Positions 12,211-26,419 of a DNA stretch of 64,000 nucleotides are shown here, piece after piece. Numbering within the stretch: position 1 is the first letter of the stretch; the number at the start of each line of letters is the position of its first letter. The stretch is taken from the NCBI RefSeq assembly GCF_009914755.1, contig NC_060931.1, one strand, 5' to 3'. The notes beneath the pieces are model-generated. The model saw only the letters and a program-made list of their open reading frames with translations. It made no database searches and was not told the origin of the DNA. The position numbers and the translations under genes were made by a program. Origin of the DNA: the human T2T-CHM13v2.0 reference genome, Homo sapiens.

Positions 12211-13989
12211 GTCTATCATAATTGAGATTTGATTATTTTCAAGAAATTAAACCCAACCCAAACCATAAATTGGTTTGATTAAATCTGGATTGTTTTTATT
12301 TCAGGTGAGCTAAATTTTCACCATTAGCACAAAACAAAAAAATATAGTCACTAAATCCACCAAAATCCAGGAAAAAGCAGCTATTTCAACATGGAAGGTT
12401 CATTTTAAACAAAAGCAGAAAATATCTGAAAACATGCTCACTCTCTCTTAATCTTGCAATTAAACCCATTAATTAAAGCCCTGTGTTATTTTGCAGTACT
12501 CTAGCATATAATTGATCTTCTGTAAGCTAGCTATTGAAAGAGAATCAATAAACTTAAGCAAAATTTTACAACTTGGTGATATTTTACATGGTGGTGCTGA
12601 AAGCACTCTTTATTCACCGTGAACCTCTATAGCCCCATAATTACAATGAACTGACCACCGTGTAATCACCCCTCAGTGGAAGACGCAGAACTTTTATTCT
12701 TTTGAGGAGGATGACTATTTTTGAGTCTGCAGCAAGGTATTTCATTAAAACCAAGATATGGGGAAGGATACGTTAGCGCTAGGAGGAAAAATAAGATAAA
12801 AGGCCAAGATAGACAGATGATGACATAGAGTAATTGATCTGAATCAAGGTGAATCAACAACCCACTTTCAAGATGTGAAATAAATAACAGAAAATAAATA
12901 GTTGCATAACTCTGTAGTAATGTATATGCAGAGGTGCTTCGTGTATTTTTGTTTGCAACTATGTCCAGAATAAGTATGCATGGACATCTGAGTGGAAACT
13001 GTACTAGTAGAAAAATGAGCCAGAGACATTTTATTTCATTGACTAAACATCTAGATTAATTACATCAATGCTAATTACATTGTCTAACAGTAGCTGTCCT
13101 GCTGCTACTCTCATCTTTCCTGTAAATAAAAACTACCATTACCCCAAAGAATTGGCTATGAGATAAATTTCATTATGCTAGTCAAGGATTAACCACCCGT
13201 CATACTTTTATTACAGAAATATTTTGGATTGTAATTACCTGTGATGTCTTATACACCAGTAGGAAAAGTGCAAGATTCTCAAGGGAAGAGCTCTGATTTA
13301 CTTGGCTGCTGCTGAACGAAGTTTTTGAAACATTTTATTCTACAGGGTTGATGGAAGACATGATAGCACAATGGGGCAAGGAGGAAAAGAAAACTCCAGA
13401 GGCTTGATTTTCAAAGATGTTACAGGCTGTGAATTTGAGATTGTTCTCAGGATTCTAGATTGAGAATACAACTCTCAACACACAGTTGATTCTGAATGCA
13501 TCTTTTTCTACTCTTTCTTGTATTCTTAGCAGCCAGTGCTCCTCCCCCTGTATCCGAGAGTTCATACCTATATAATTCCAACCTGTTTTGCCTGCATGCC
13601 AAATTCTTTCTTTCTGCCTTTAAATATATACATAGGGTGAAGAAGTGGGGGAGTAACTGGTTGAGTCTCAACATGAGGCCTTGTTGCATACCACCGTTTT
13701 CAGCCTACCCACTATCCTTAGCTCAGGTTGCACTGATCCAAATAACTGTCACAGAACAACTCAGCTGCTGTTGCCTTTCTTGCTCTACTTTGCACTCTAT
13801 TATCTATTTTATATAAATATTTATTCCATCCATCTACTGAAAAAATGTTCGCTCAACTCTTAAGGATGACCAAATTGGGTAGAATTCCAGAAGGTAGCTT
13901 CTAGCTTAGTTCACCAAGTGAACTTAGATTAATCTTCCTAAAATACATGTTTGTTTCCTTACCATCCTACATAAGGACTTGTAACAACC

Positions 13990-14185
13990 AAATTTATTGA
14001 ACATTTACTTTCTGCAAGGCATTGCTCTGAGCATCTTAATTCATTTAATACTCCCAGTGTTTCTGTGAGATAGATGCTATTTTATTCCCATTTTACAAAT
14101 GATGAAACTGAGTCATAGAGAGGATACTAGTTTACTAAGGCCACCTCATTAGAAAATAGTACAGTTGTGATTTAAATCCAGTAGT
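13990..14185 (-). mobile_element. MIR SINE
   Basis: cccattttacaaatgatgaaactgagtcatagagagg. Confidence 0.85.
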
Positions 14186-14819
14186 TTAGTGTGTTATGTT
14201 ACATGACCATTCTTGGTCTAGTTGAGCTTTACTGGAAAAAAAATAGTAAGAAGAATATAGTTCAAACCTTCTAATCAAGTTTAAGACCCTCTGTAATCTT
14301 CACATCCTCTACTTATCCTGTCTTACCACCCAATTCCCTGAAACGTAGAAATTCCACCTCTATTCCTCTTACGCTCATTACAAGAACTGAGGATTTGCTC
14401 AAAAGGTCTTCTCAATCGGAATGTCCTTCTAGCTGCTGCCATCTATTCAACCCCACCTGGTTTCTAAAGCAACTTAAAATGGTTGCCTTTTCCCTGGAGG
14501 TTTTTCTGCCACTTACTCCAGCTTATAAGAATCTGTCTTCTACACTGCTCACTATTTTGAAAAAAATAATTTGGGGCTTTAAACATTTATTTTGTGATAG
14601 ATAAAATAATAATAGAAAGGTACATTGATATGAGATAAACAGATATAAATAAAAGCATATATTTGAAGATAGACCCAAGCTGCATTAAAAATCTGTGTTC
14701 TATCATTTACCACCTATATGTAACCTTGAACTAAACGTAAGTTTTCCATCTGTAAATATCCACCTGCACAGGTGTTATGTATGTCCTATTATTTTACTGA
14801 AATAAGAGATTTTATATGT

Positions 14820-14861
<42 letters not shown>

Positions 14862-14863
<2 letters not shown>

Positions 14864-15225
14864 ATATGGTTTGGCTTTTTGTCCCCACCCAAATCTCAAC
14901 TGGAATTGTAATCCCCATGTGTCGAGGGAGGGATTTGGTGGGGGGTGATTAGATCATGGGGGCAGTTTCCCCCATGCTGTTCTTGTGATAGTGAAGGAGC
15001 TCTCACGAGATCTGATGATTTAAAAGTGTGGTACTTCCTTTTTGCTTGCTCTCTCTCTCTCCTGCCACCTTGTAAAGAAGGTGCCTGCTTCTCCTTTGCC
15101 TTCCACCGTGATTGTAAGTTTCCTGTGGCCTCCCTGGCCATATGGAACTGTGAGTCAACTAAACCTTTCTTTTATAAATTATTCAGTTTCAGTATTTTTA
15201 TAGCAGGGTGAGAATGGACTAATAG
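14862..15225 (+). mobile_element. THE1D/MST-like MaLR solo LTR, with (CA)n on both sides
   Basis: gatatggtttggct...ccccacccaaatctc...gattgtaagtttcctg...atggactaata. Confidence 0.92.
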
Positions 15226-17399
15226 ACACACACATACACACACACACACACACACACCCCTACATATACACATCATATTTCATATAGACATAAATATATA
15301 GTTGTCTACATCTATATCTACACATAGAGACATATATAAACATATATACTAAAATATATGCTTAAATATACATTATAACATATATATCTATCTTATGTTC
15401 AGATATATATGTCTTATAATCAAGATAAAAACTGCATTTCAACTCTGGCTCTGCCAGTAAGTTATATAATCCTGGGATACGTACTTAATTTGCAAAGCTT
15501 CATTGTCCTTTTTTTTTTTTTTTAAATAATGAGGAGAACACTCATGAACTAATAGGCCATGTGCTTGATATAGCTAGGCTTTTTGGGAACACAGGTAAGG
15601 ATGTACCAATCCAACTGTCCCTAATTATCTTAGGCTCTATTTACTAATGGATTTCCACTGAGAAAGCTATGGATCCATTTTTCTCAGTCTAAAAGTTTTG
15701 CTCAAAGATGCTGGAGACTTCAAACCTTTTATAGGGTTAAAAATGTGTACTGCTAACTAGCAAATTGTGACTAAGTTTTCCACTACAGGGGAACCCAAGA
15801 AAACCTTTGATATTTCAGGGATTGCCACAATATTTTTCCTTCTTTCTTTCCTTCCTACTCTTCTCTTAATCATAAGAAATCTGGAGCATGAATATACAAG
15901 AGCAGGGGTGAGCAAAATTCCAAGAACTATATTTGTATTTTTCAATTAAATCTTTAAGTTTGAGTCCTTATTAGTCTATGTCTTCATCAAAGCAACTAAT
16001 CTGGTCATTATTGTTAAACAAAGATGAAATAATTCAGGTTTTGTAACAATTAAGCATTTCTCAAAGTCTTGAGGCTGGCTATAGACCTTAACTGTGATAC
16101 AGAGTAGTTAGTTTACATTAGTCAGTTGTATGTATTCTGTTTACCCATCTGTAAAATGAGAATAATAATATATACCTTACTTGGATTTGAACTTGCAATA
16201 AAGATACATCCCTAGAGAATAGGACGTATGTCTTAATCACTCTGTATTTCCAGCACCCAGCCACTCATGTGTACATAATAGCTCTCATGTTCACTAAACT
16301 GAATTAAACTAAGTTACAATATATTAAAGTTTATACATTTTTAATCTCTTTAAATTTAATGGGTTATTAAGTGCATTGCTAACTGACCATTTTTTTTTGC
16401 ATTAACAACCACATTTTTTATAACCAATGAATTTGGAAGATAAGTTGTTATAAAGATAGCTATATTCATAAAGAGAATAACATCTGGCCTATTTGGATAC
16501 CTAAAATAAATTTTTTATTTTTGTATCAGAAAACCAGGTGTCTTTTTTCCAAGCTAATGTTAGGTCAACATATAGGCTTAAATACAAGTTTTCCAACTTG
16601 CTTGTAGTCATATTTTATTTGTGTGTACATTTTTAATGTATTTTATTCTACCTAAAGACTCATATCATGATTCTTTAATGAGCTTTGAGGCAAAGAAATA
16701 ATGTTAGAACCTACAAAAAGCTACCCAATGTTGACCTCTGGTCACAGATGGGCCTTAGTGATGAAAGCATTTTACTTTTTTCAAACTATAATTAATTTTC
16801 TATAGTGCTTCAAATAATATATTCAACTTCTCATTTTTAATTAAGATTCTTTTTCTTGCTCCAAATTTAAATTATGTTCTGAAAGCAATTTTTGTCAATT
16901 GCTTTTTCATGTGAGAAATATGATTATGAACTAAATTTTGTTAGTGTCACATTCATACTTTTAAATAATAAAGTTGTGAATAAAAAATGAACAAAAACTC
17001 ATGTACTTAAAGTGTCTCATACTATAAGCAGAACAGAACAATTACAGAATACACTGATAATGCATAACTATCCTAGTTTTCTAAAGAAAAAATACATTTC
17101 TTAGTAGCTTATAACCAGTTAGCATAATATGTATGTATAATTAGGAGCCAGAGTATAAGTAGAAAAGTAAAAACATTAATTAATAAATACACTGTAAATC
17201 TTTTAAATAAAATCTGATAACAATTATTTATGTTGTTAGTCTTTGACAACATAAAACAAGGCATTTAAAACTTAGAGCAGTCTTTTAATAAATAATTTTA
17301 AGGTGCTGGTACTATATGTATATTGGATTATCCATAAAAAGAAACATGTTTAAAGGTAAATTTCCTTTCAAAACCAAAGGACTTACAGACACAATGTTT

Positions 17400-17703
17400 T
17401 TGCAGGAGGGCTCTACTGTTCATTTCCTGGCTTCTTAGGTGTCACAGGAAGTTGTGGCAATTCCAGCCACAGTAGCAGTTTCTCAATTAAGTCTTTGTGA
17501 CATCTAGATCTTAGTTGCCATCCTCAGAGGCAGCAGTTATGCTGGTGGGGCAGTTCTGTATTGTTTATTATTCCTGGGGATCTAGTCTGCAACCTTCTTC
17601 TGTTGTTCTTTCAGCAACTTTCTAAACAACTATTCCCCTAAACCTTGTCCTTCTTAAAACACCTTGCATGGTTTTATTACCTGGGCTGAATCCTGAATAA
17701 CAC
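17400..17703 (+). mobile_element. LTR33-like ERVL LTR fragment
   Basis: Ends ttcttaaaacacc...tggttttattacctgggctgaatcctgaataacaca. Confidence 0.45.
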
Positions 17704-18519
17704 ATTACTTATACTGTTTTGCTTCGTGAAATAGAAAGAAAAAATAATCTTTGACATTGAAAGCAATAAAAAAAAATAAGAGCTTCGCAGAAGTTAAGCT
17801 TGGCTGCACGCTCAATGAATGGCTCCCTAATGGTTTAATTTGCTCAGTCATCCCAGATATCACTCTGCATATTAACCTGAATCCCCTGAGCCAGAATTGG
17901 GGCATTTTTCCAGGAACCAGGGAGGAAGCTGGAAGGTCACGTGTGTATATCTCGATTCTGTATGTGCCTAGTGAAGGGATCCAGCTTGTAAGTTTTGTCA
18001 ACTTGTGTCACCATATTATTGCGCCCAAAGAAAACCAGTAGGAGTCTTGGAGATCTGAGAAGCTGTCATTACACTGAGTCTCAAGTGACAGCTGAGTCAG
18101 TACAGAGCCAGCTATGCTGAGATGGGAGACTGTTGCTTTTCTTCATCAAAAGAAGGGCTATTTGTTCTATTATAATGACAGGAATTCTGAAGTGAACAGC
18201 ACTGCTGTCTCTGTTTTGATTACCTCCAGATGAGAATGAGAGGAGACATGCTGCTGTTAAATATCAGCTACTAACCTTGGTCTTTTTGGAGTCTTTGGGA
18301 GAATGACCTCAGTGGTGCTTCTGAAGAGCAGTTATGGAAATAAGTGTGCAATTTAGAGGTCTTATTTAACCCACTACCATTTTCATGATTTTTTCCCTGC
18401 TTTTGTGGAAACATTAGACAGTAAATATAGATACACGTTCATGTAGTCTTCTATATTCTGGAGCCTCCTAAGATTTGCTCAAAGAACTGTCAGAGAAACC
18501 AGACCTATAGTGACTAAGG

Positions 18520-18750
18520 AGGTAACATAATACATCACACAAATGGATATAGGCATCAGATAGACCTAGGTTTGAATTCTCCTCATCCATTTACTAGCTA
18601 TGTGGGTTTGGGGAAGGGTTTGTATAACCTCTCCAAGCCTAAGTTTCCTGGTCTGAAAAATGGGAACCACAACACATTTCTCAGAGGACTAAAAAATGCA
18701 ATGACATGATAATACTTGCACGTAGATGTTTGTTAAATGCTGGTTCACTT
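18520..18750 (+). mobile_element. MIR SINE
   Basis: agacctaggtttgaattct...atttactagctatgtg...taacctctccaagcctaagtttcc. Confidence 0.8.
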
Positions 18751-18995
18751 TCTTCTTTCCATTCTATCCCCATCACCCCCACCCTGATTTGCAAAATAAG
18801 TGTTTTAATGAAATGCAAGGATGAAGAACTGGGGACTCTTATGAACACCTATTTATAAAATTTTATATCGTTAGAATTTTAGATTTAGATTAGAATTCAG
18901 GTTATGAAATGCAGGTAGAAAGTCTAGTAGAGCTGACATCAAAATGTTTGTGCAAGAAGAATTCAGAAAGTTAAAAAAATAAAATAAAAGGTTTG

Positions 18996-19208
18996 CAGGG
19001 ATGTCCAATCTTTTGTTTTCCCTGGGCTACATTGGAAGAATTGTCTTGGGCCACACTTAAAATATACTAACACTAACAAAAGCTGATGAAAAAAAAAATC
19101 ACAAAAAAATCTCATAACGTCTTAAAAGAGTTTACAAGTTTGTGTTGGGCTGCATCAAAGCTGTGTTGGATTGCAAATGGCCTATGGGCTGTGGGTTGGG
19201 TAAGCTTG
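18996..19208 (+). mobile_element. MER30 hAT-Charlie MITE
   Basis: cagggatgtccaatcttttg...aattgtcttgggccacac...gggttgggtaagcttg. Confidence 0.9.
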
Positions 19209-20170
19209 GTTTAGATAATGTAGATTCCTTTGTATATTTAATCTTTCTTCCTATATCAAGGTAATAGCTTTAATTACTGAAATAATATAATTATCAATTA
19301 ACAATTTCTTTTTCTCCCATTAGATATATTACAATATTTCTAGCAATTATGTGCTAAAGAAAAGATAATTTGGAACCTGATTGATTAGTGACCAATCAAG
19401 AGGTTCATGTTAAGATGAAAATAACTGACTTGAAGCTAGTCAGTCAATCGACCTTCACTCAAAAACTTCCCTGATAATTATCCATATGTTTTTTCAATTG
19501 TGGGTCAATTGAAGATACGTTCATATCTTCTTCACAATAAATATACATCTTCTATTACTGGAAATAGACTGTAATAGTCTAATCTATTTAATTTTGATTC
19601 AATGTCTGTTGCTGGTAGACTTCATTGCTTTTCTTTTCTTTTCTTTTCTTTTTTACCATAGGAGCATCTCTGAAACTCTTCAGAAGCATGCTTATGGTTC
19701 TGACTTTCCAGAGCTTCTGTTACAGAGCTGCTTTCATGTAGTGCGAACTGGAAGCCTGATCCACCTGGGATACACTCCCTCTTTCTCTGCTGACTTACTG
19801 CCTGGTATCAGTCTGGTTAAAAGACCTCAGAGCCTCAATTTCCCACATGTCTTCAAAGATGGGAAATAACACTCACCTTATGGGAACACTATGAGAATTC
19901 AATGAGATAATATCTGAAGAATATTTCTTGCACATAGGAAATGCTCAGAAAATGGTGGCTGCTATTTACATACTTGTTTTAGTTGATGTTCAGGGAGTTT
20001 CATACTTAGGAATGGCCCTGGCTGGAGACCCACCAACCATTCTCCCTCTGGGAACAATAAGATGAATTGAATTCAGGATATAAAGTCTCAGGTTTCCTAT
20101 AAATATGCATATATCTTACTGATCTGTAGTTTTTTTCATCAGTGTCAACAAATTAAAAAGATAAGAAGAG

Positions 20171-20916
20171 CTGAGGTAATGTGTGTTGTAAGATGTATGT
20201 CACCTAATGTTAACTTTGTGGTCTAAACTGTTGAGCTATCAAGCCAGATTCCCAAATCTTTTGTCACTGAAGTGTTCTGAGATATACCTTGATGTTTAGA
20301 AGAAAATAGCAAGCTCACACAGGAACAGAAAAGCAAATACCACGTGTTCTCACTTATAAGTGGGAACTAAATGGTGAGAACTTAGGGACACATAGAAGAG
20401 AAAACCTCACACTGGGGCCTTTCTAAGGGTGGAGGGTGGGAGGAGGGAGAGGATCAGGAAAAGTAACTAATGGATACTGGGCTTAATACCTGGATGAATG
20501 AAATAGACTGTACAACAAACCCCCATGATACAAGTTTACTTATGTAACAAAACGGCACTTGTATCCCTGAACTTAAAATAAAAGTTAATAAAGAAAAATA
20601 AAACTACAAAAAGGAAAGTATGTTCTACCTCTTCTAGGATCGACTTTAAAAACTTTCCATTCCCTGTAGTTGCCAATTCTGCAGGTACTAGTCCTCTGGA
20701 AATAAGTATGTTAAACTGAAGGAATGGGAGGAACGCTCCACAGAGTTTGTTTTCCAAAGAAAATTATTGTTTAGAGAAGCAAAATTAAAAGTCTAGCTAG
20801 GTGTGGTGTAAAGCTGTTCAAAAAGTAACTCAGAGCAAGACCTGTAAATTGAAATGTAGTGCCCGAGTCATATTCTGCTTAAAAAGGTTGTAACAAATAA
20901 AGATGAGTTTAAAAAA
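20171..20916 (+). pseudogene. Processed retrocopy of the distal HSP90AA1 3' UTR, split by an L1 fragment
   Basis: tgttaactttgtggtctaaa; cattccctgtagttg; tactagtcctct; ttgttttccaaagaaaa; gtaaagctgttcaaaaa; gaaatgtagtg; gttgtaacaaata are co-linear with the HSP90AA1 3' UTR as I recall it; AATAAA and a short A tail at the end. Confidence 0.85.
20308..20611 (+). mobile_element. L1PA 3'-end fragment inserted in the HSP90 retrocopy
   Basis: caggaacagaaaagcaaataccacgtgttctcacttataagtggg...ctgaacttaaaataaaagtt. Confidence 0.92.
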
Positions 20917-21239
20917 TGACAAGGTAAATCAGAATTCCTACTCAAAATGGGAAAGGACAAATATACATAGGTTGACATTAGCTCCCCACATTAGTCTTGT
21001 CTTTGGAGGACAAGTTAAAAAGTTATTATTGATGCATACAAGTGGGTCTTGTTGAGCAGCAAGTGAAACTATTGTCTTTATTAGAATGGAGATATTGTGC
21101 AGATATTTGCCGATTTTGCATGCAGAAAAAGCAACTTTCTTGCCTTTAAGTAGAAAAGATAACAGCTTAGAAGAGAAACTGGGAAACTGAGAATTGATCC
21201 AATTCCAAACTTCTGATTTTTGTAATAAAAGCGGGATCC

Positions 21240-21540
<301 letters not shown>

Positions 21541-22299
21541 GGCAGGATCCATGTGTATTTCTTAAAACAGAATTGACTGTTGATCACATATCAGTCTTAC
21601 CTTTTAATTAATCTGTGTGAAAAATCTGTTGATTCTCCTAAATTTTTCATCTGTGCTCTAAAGTCCTTGATTACACTAAGCATTGATTTAGCCTCCCTTT
21701 AGCTATATCTATTTGGGCTTCCAACCAGAGTCATTCACTTGCATAAGTGACACTTATTAAAATTCAACATTAGAAGGCACTATATTCAATGTTAAATATC
21801 ATTTCATAAAGATTACAATAACATTTTTATAACAATACACCTCATGCTTCAGAAGTCTTTATGTCACATCTCAACTCATTCCATCTTCTAAAGGAGGAGA
21901 GCAATTTTAAAAGCTTTGTATTTCTCATTATGTTTATTTTCCCATCCATTTACTAACGCTGGACCATATTTCAGAGTTTCATGAATAGTGAAGGCAGATT
22001 TCAAGGGACATCAGAGTTATGATGGCATCCTTAACTTGACATTCATAGAAAAATCTGAAAGTACATGCATGGCTGGTTTTATCCAGAACTGCACTTAATT
22101 TAAACGCACCTCTTTATGGTTTTCTTTCCCTAAAGTGTCTGCTGTATTTGATATATCTTCAGTTTCCATAAGCTGTTTACACCTGCTCAATATCAAGGAC
22201 ATTCCATACTCAGAATAATTTAAGCCAATTTGATGAGTTGAATAATGATAAAATACAGAAAAGTAAGCCAGCAGAATCAGAAAACCACAGGATTTTAGA

Positions 22300-22450
22300 G
22301 CAGAAAGAGCCATTAGAGTTCATTTTACTCCCCCCTCCCTCCCCTGAGTCCTAAAGTTTAATACCTTTGCCAAGGCCCTATAATGAGTTAGTGGCAGAAC
22401 CTGTTCTAGAACCAATGGCTTCCAATTCTTGGATGAGTGCTCTTTTCTTA
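22300..22450 (-). mobile_element. MIR fragment
   Basis: ttgccaagg...gagttagtggcagaacc...ctagaacc. Confidence 0.6.
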
Positions 22451-24781
22451 GTTTCATGTTACAAATAGATAAAGCCAAGGGTAGTTGCTTCTTACCATAC
22501 TCTAGCAATGCTATACTGCAATGTGTAAATAACTTGGACAAGTGATCTGGACATTAGAATAGCAGTGACTTTAATTAGTATTCCTTTGTCATTGTTCTTT
22601 TGGCTAGGCGCATTTAAATCAGAAATTGATCACCCTAATATAAACTACCGTCTTTAAGTCCCATAAGAACACTGTTATCCATTGCCATCTGTCTATTCCT
22701 TTCCTTCAGCAATGTAATCATCTAATAGCTAAGACTCTGGAAACTTGGGTAGGTCTGAATCTGATGGAATCCTATTTTTTTCTATTCAAAATGTGCAGTG
22801 GTGTACAGTAAGATGTGTTGACCTTCTTACGTCCAGCAAGGCTATGATTTTGGAGCCTGCAGGGAGCAGATTCTGAGTTCCCTGAAAGGTGCGTTATTTT
22901 CCATCAAAACTGTTGACTGGCTTTTCCAGAGACAAAATATAGCCTCAGAACTCTCTCCCCATTTATTCCTTGGGCAGCTTCTAGGACCACTGAAGTCCAA
23001 GGGTGTATATTTCACCTGCGTTTATGATCAATAGCCCACAAACCAATTTCCTATGGAAAGCCTCCCTCCTATGAAAAAAAGGAAAGAGAAATACAAACTA
23101 AGAGGGAAAAAACAAAGGAAAGATTGTGTCACAGCAGCAGAAAAGCCAATCAAGTCAGGGCAAAGGGAATTTTATGTGGTTGCGAAGATCAGTAAGATCG
23201 TATACTGTTGGTGCTTATTCCTTTTTTTTTTTCGGTGCCAAATATGTTCCTTTATTCTCAAACTAGTGTCCTGTGGTGTCAAATTGATAAATCAATACAA
23301 TCACTTTTAATGTTCCTTGATTTTCCATCTTAAGCAACATTTTGAAGCCATTTATATTCTGTAGAGCACTCTGTCAACCAAACCAATGAATGTTACTCTG
23401 TGACCAGGAAAGATACATTCATTTTGTTTAATCGAAAGAAGAAATAAATCTATAATACTTTCACATATATGACATGAAACTAGATCTTAATGTTTTCAGT
23501 AAGAAAGAAGGTAAACCTAATATAGCTTTCCGTAAAGTAATAACACATTTAATAACTATGCCAAGGGCATACATCGAGATGAGTAAACAAGTAGAATACT
23601 TTCAAGTATATGCTACTGTTTAGAAGCTTTTGAAGTTTTCCCTTGGTCTAGCCTCCCAGGCCAGTTTATATGTCTCCCAAGAAATTAAGTTTCGTTTGTT
23701 TACAGACTTCCTTTCTTTTTGGTTAACACTGCTAACAACCATATTTATTCTCTAATAACCCTTATTCTTCACAACACCAAATATAATTAGTCTATAAATA
23801 TCAAATTCATTCTCAAATTTTCAAAGAACAAAAATCTGGCAGCTTCATTCTGAAGTAATCACAAAAGAATATGCTTTACACTCTAAAAGGAATTTCAAAA
23901 AAGAGTTGCCAAATTGATGATTCTTATTTGAGGCAATAAGATTAATGTAGAAACAGATGTACGATATACAGCTGTTGCAATATGTGGGTTGAAAGTTGTA
24001 GTTTGCTTTAAAATTCAGTTGGATATATTGCTTCTACTCCTCTGTCTAAACGTGGAGCTACAGTTCAACTTAACATCCCAGAACTCAAAGCTATATTACT
24101 TAAAGATACTCTCAATACATACCATTTTTGATCATTTTTAACTCAGGGAATTTCTTTCCATTGGAATAAGATGATTGCTTTTTTGGTGATCTAATCCACA
24201 GGTTGATGTCACTCTCCCTTCTTACAACATGTTTAGAAATAAATGTACCTTCATAAATAAAGTCACAAATAATTAGATTCATTCATATCCACAAAAACAC
24301 ATTGCCTTGTTAGATGTTAACACGTATTTTTACAACCTTTATAGTACTAATTTTTGCTTGAGAAATAAAATTATTTTTCCCACAAAGTATACTAGAAAGC
24401 TCTGCTCTAATTTTAGACATTTTATTAGATATGTGGCCAACGAGCCTCACTCTAACAGTCCTCTGTGATCATAGTCTTCTAGGGATTATATAATTATGAA
24501 AAGGGGATGCTGACTCCTTGCATAGCTATACCTTTTGGTGTGTTAGTAACTGCTATTCTTAACAGGAGATGGTTTCTCATAATTTTTGAAGAGCCTGCTT
24601 TTCTGTGAAACAAATTTGGCATAAATATCAAAAATGTTAAAGATATATTAGAAACTTTACAGTTTTACCCTTGATAATGCTTCTTTTTAGTGTGTTTTAG
24701 TTTTACTAACTTAAAGGGCTTAAATATGTAGAAACACTATTGTGAGTTACAATCAGTGTAATTCAGCGTAACTCAGTGTAA

Positions 24782-25132
<351 letters not shown>

Positions 25133-26031
25133 ACTTTATTCACTTTTTATAAAACAGAATTAGAGTTTAGTTTTGTTGATTTTTGTCTTTTACTTGGTAT
25201 ACACTGGTATTTGTTCTGGCTTCAAATAAATTTTAAATATTTCCCAATAAAACTGTCTCACCAAATGACAAAGAACAGTCTTGGGAGAGAAGTTTAATTT
25301 TAACCACCTTCCTTTTCATTTTGAAACTTTTAAAATTGGTCATTGAAGTCCTTCTCCACATTCTTTGGTATAATGGAAAATAGTGTCTAAAATTTATATC
25401 TGTTCTTATACTTGCTTCAAAAATTAATTTGTGTCTCTAATAAATATCAAAGCTAGAAAGGACTAGAACTTTACCAATAAACAGCCGTGATTATTTTTTC
25501 CTCATATTTAAGAAGCATGTCAGTTTAATTGTGGTTGATTAGACTCAAGAGTCAAATATATGCAATCATTATGCTCAGTAGCATATTAAAACCAAAATAA
25601 ACTCCATTTTTGCTCTTTAAACATTTGCAAATTAATCCAATATTCTTCCGTATTAATTCTATTAATTTCTTTCATATATTTTCGAATCCATATTACCCAA
25701 GAGACAATGCATGCTGCCTTAACTTTGCACATTTAACATGCTGTGATGAAACAATCCTGTTTAATCATCTCTAAATAAATGCTGCTAACTTATTGCTTCT
25801 GGAATTGCCTTTTGTGTACTATGAGGGTAATTGAAATCCCATGTGATGGATGTTCTAAACTCTTTCAAGACTTTTATCTATATATGTTTTTCATGGTTAG
25901 TCTTTATCACATTCTAGATGACAACGGTTTTGTCTCATTGTCATTTTCTCCCTTCTCCTGAAGTTCAATTACATACAAATCTTAAAAATCTTATATAGCC
26001 TGAAATCTAATCGTAGAAAGATTCATTCACA

Positions 26032-26298
26032 GGCTTCTTCTTCTTCTTCTTCTTTTTTTTTTTTTTTTAGACAGAGTCTCACTCTGTCACCCAGGCTGAC
26101 ATGCAGTGGTGCAATCATGGCTCACTGCAGCCTTGACTTCCCGAGCTCAAGTGATCCTCACAAGTAGCTGGGACTACTACAGGTGCATGCCACCATGCCC
26201 GGCCAATTTTTAATTTTTTTTTTGTAGAGATAGTGTTTTCTTAAGGGGTCTTGTAGAGATGGGGTTTCCCAGGCTGGTCTCAAACTTCTGGGCTCAAG
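26032..26298 (-). mobile_element. 5'-truncated, rearranged AluJ with (CTT)n tail
   Basis: gcaatcatggctcactgcagccttgac (J diagnostic); Alu similarity stops at ctgggctcaag. Confidence 0.9.
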
Positions 26299-26419
26299 TT
26301 CCTAAGGATCTTTTCCTTAGGAACTTACTGTGGAAATAATGAAGAATCAATCTCAGCCTGTGTATTTGCACACACATGAGCATACACATGCATGCATACT
26401 CATGCTCTCACTCATTATG

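Noticed and set aside
12285-12310. Plus-strand tttttatttcag|gtgagc ratchet-like motif (also about 30365)
   Set aside because: Antisense to MAGI2; it shows such motifs can arise by chance, which tempers the 10.84 kb call
13330-13460. Plus-strand acceptor ttttattctacag followed by purine-rich sequence
   Set aside because: Antisense, all frames close quickly, no recognisable protein or convincing donor
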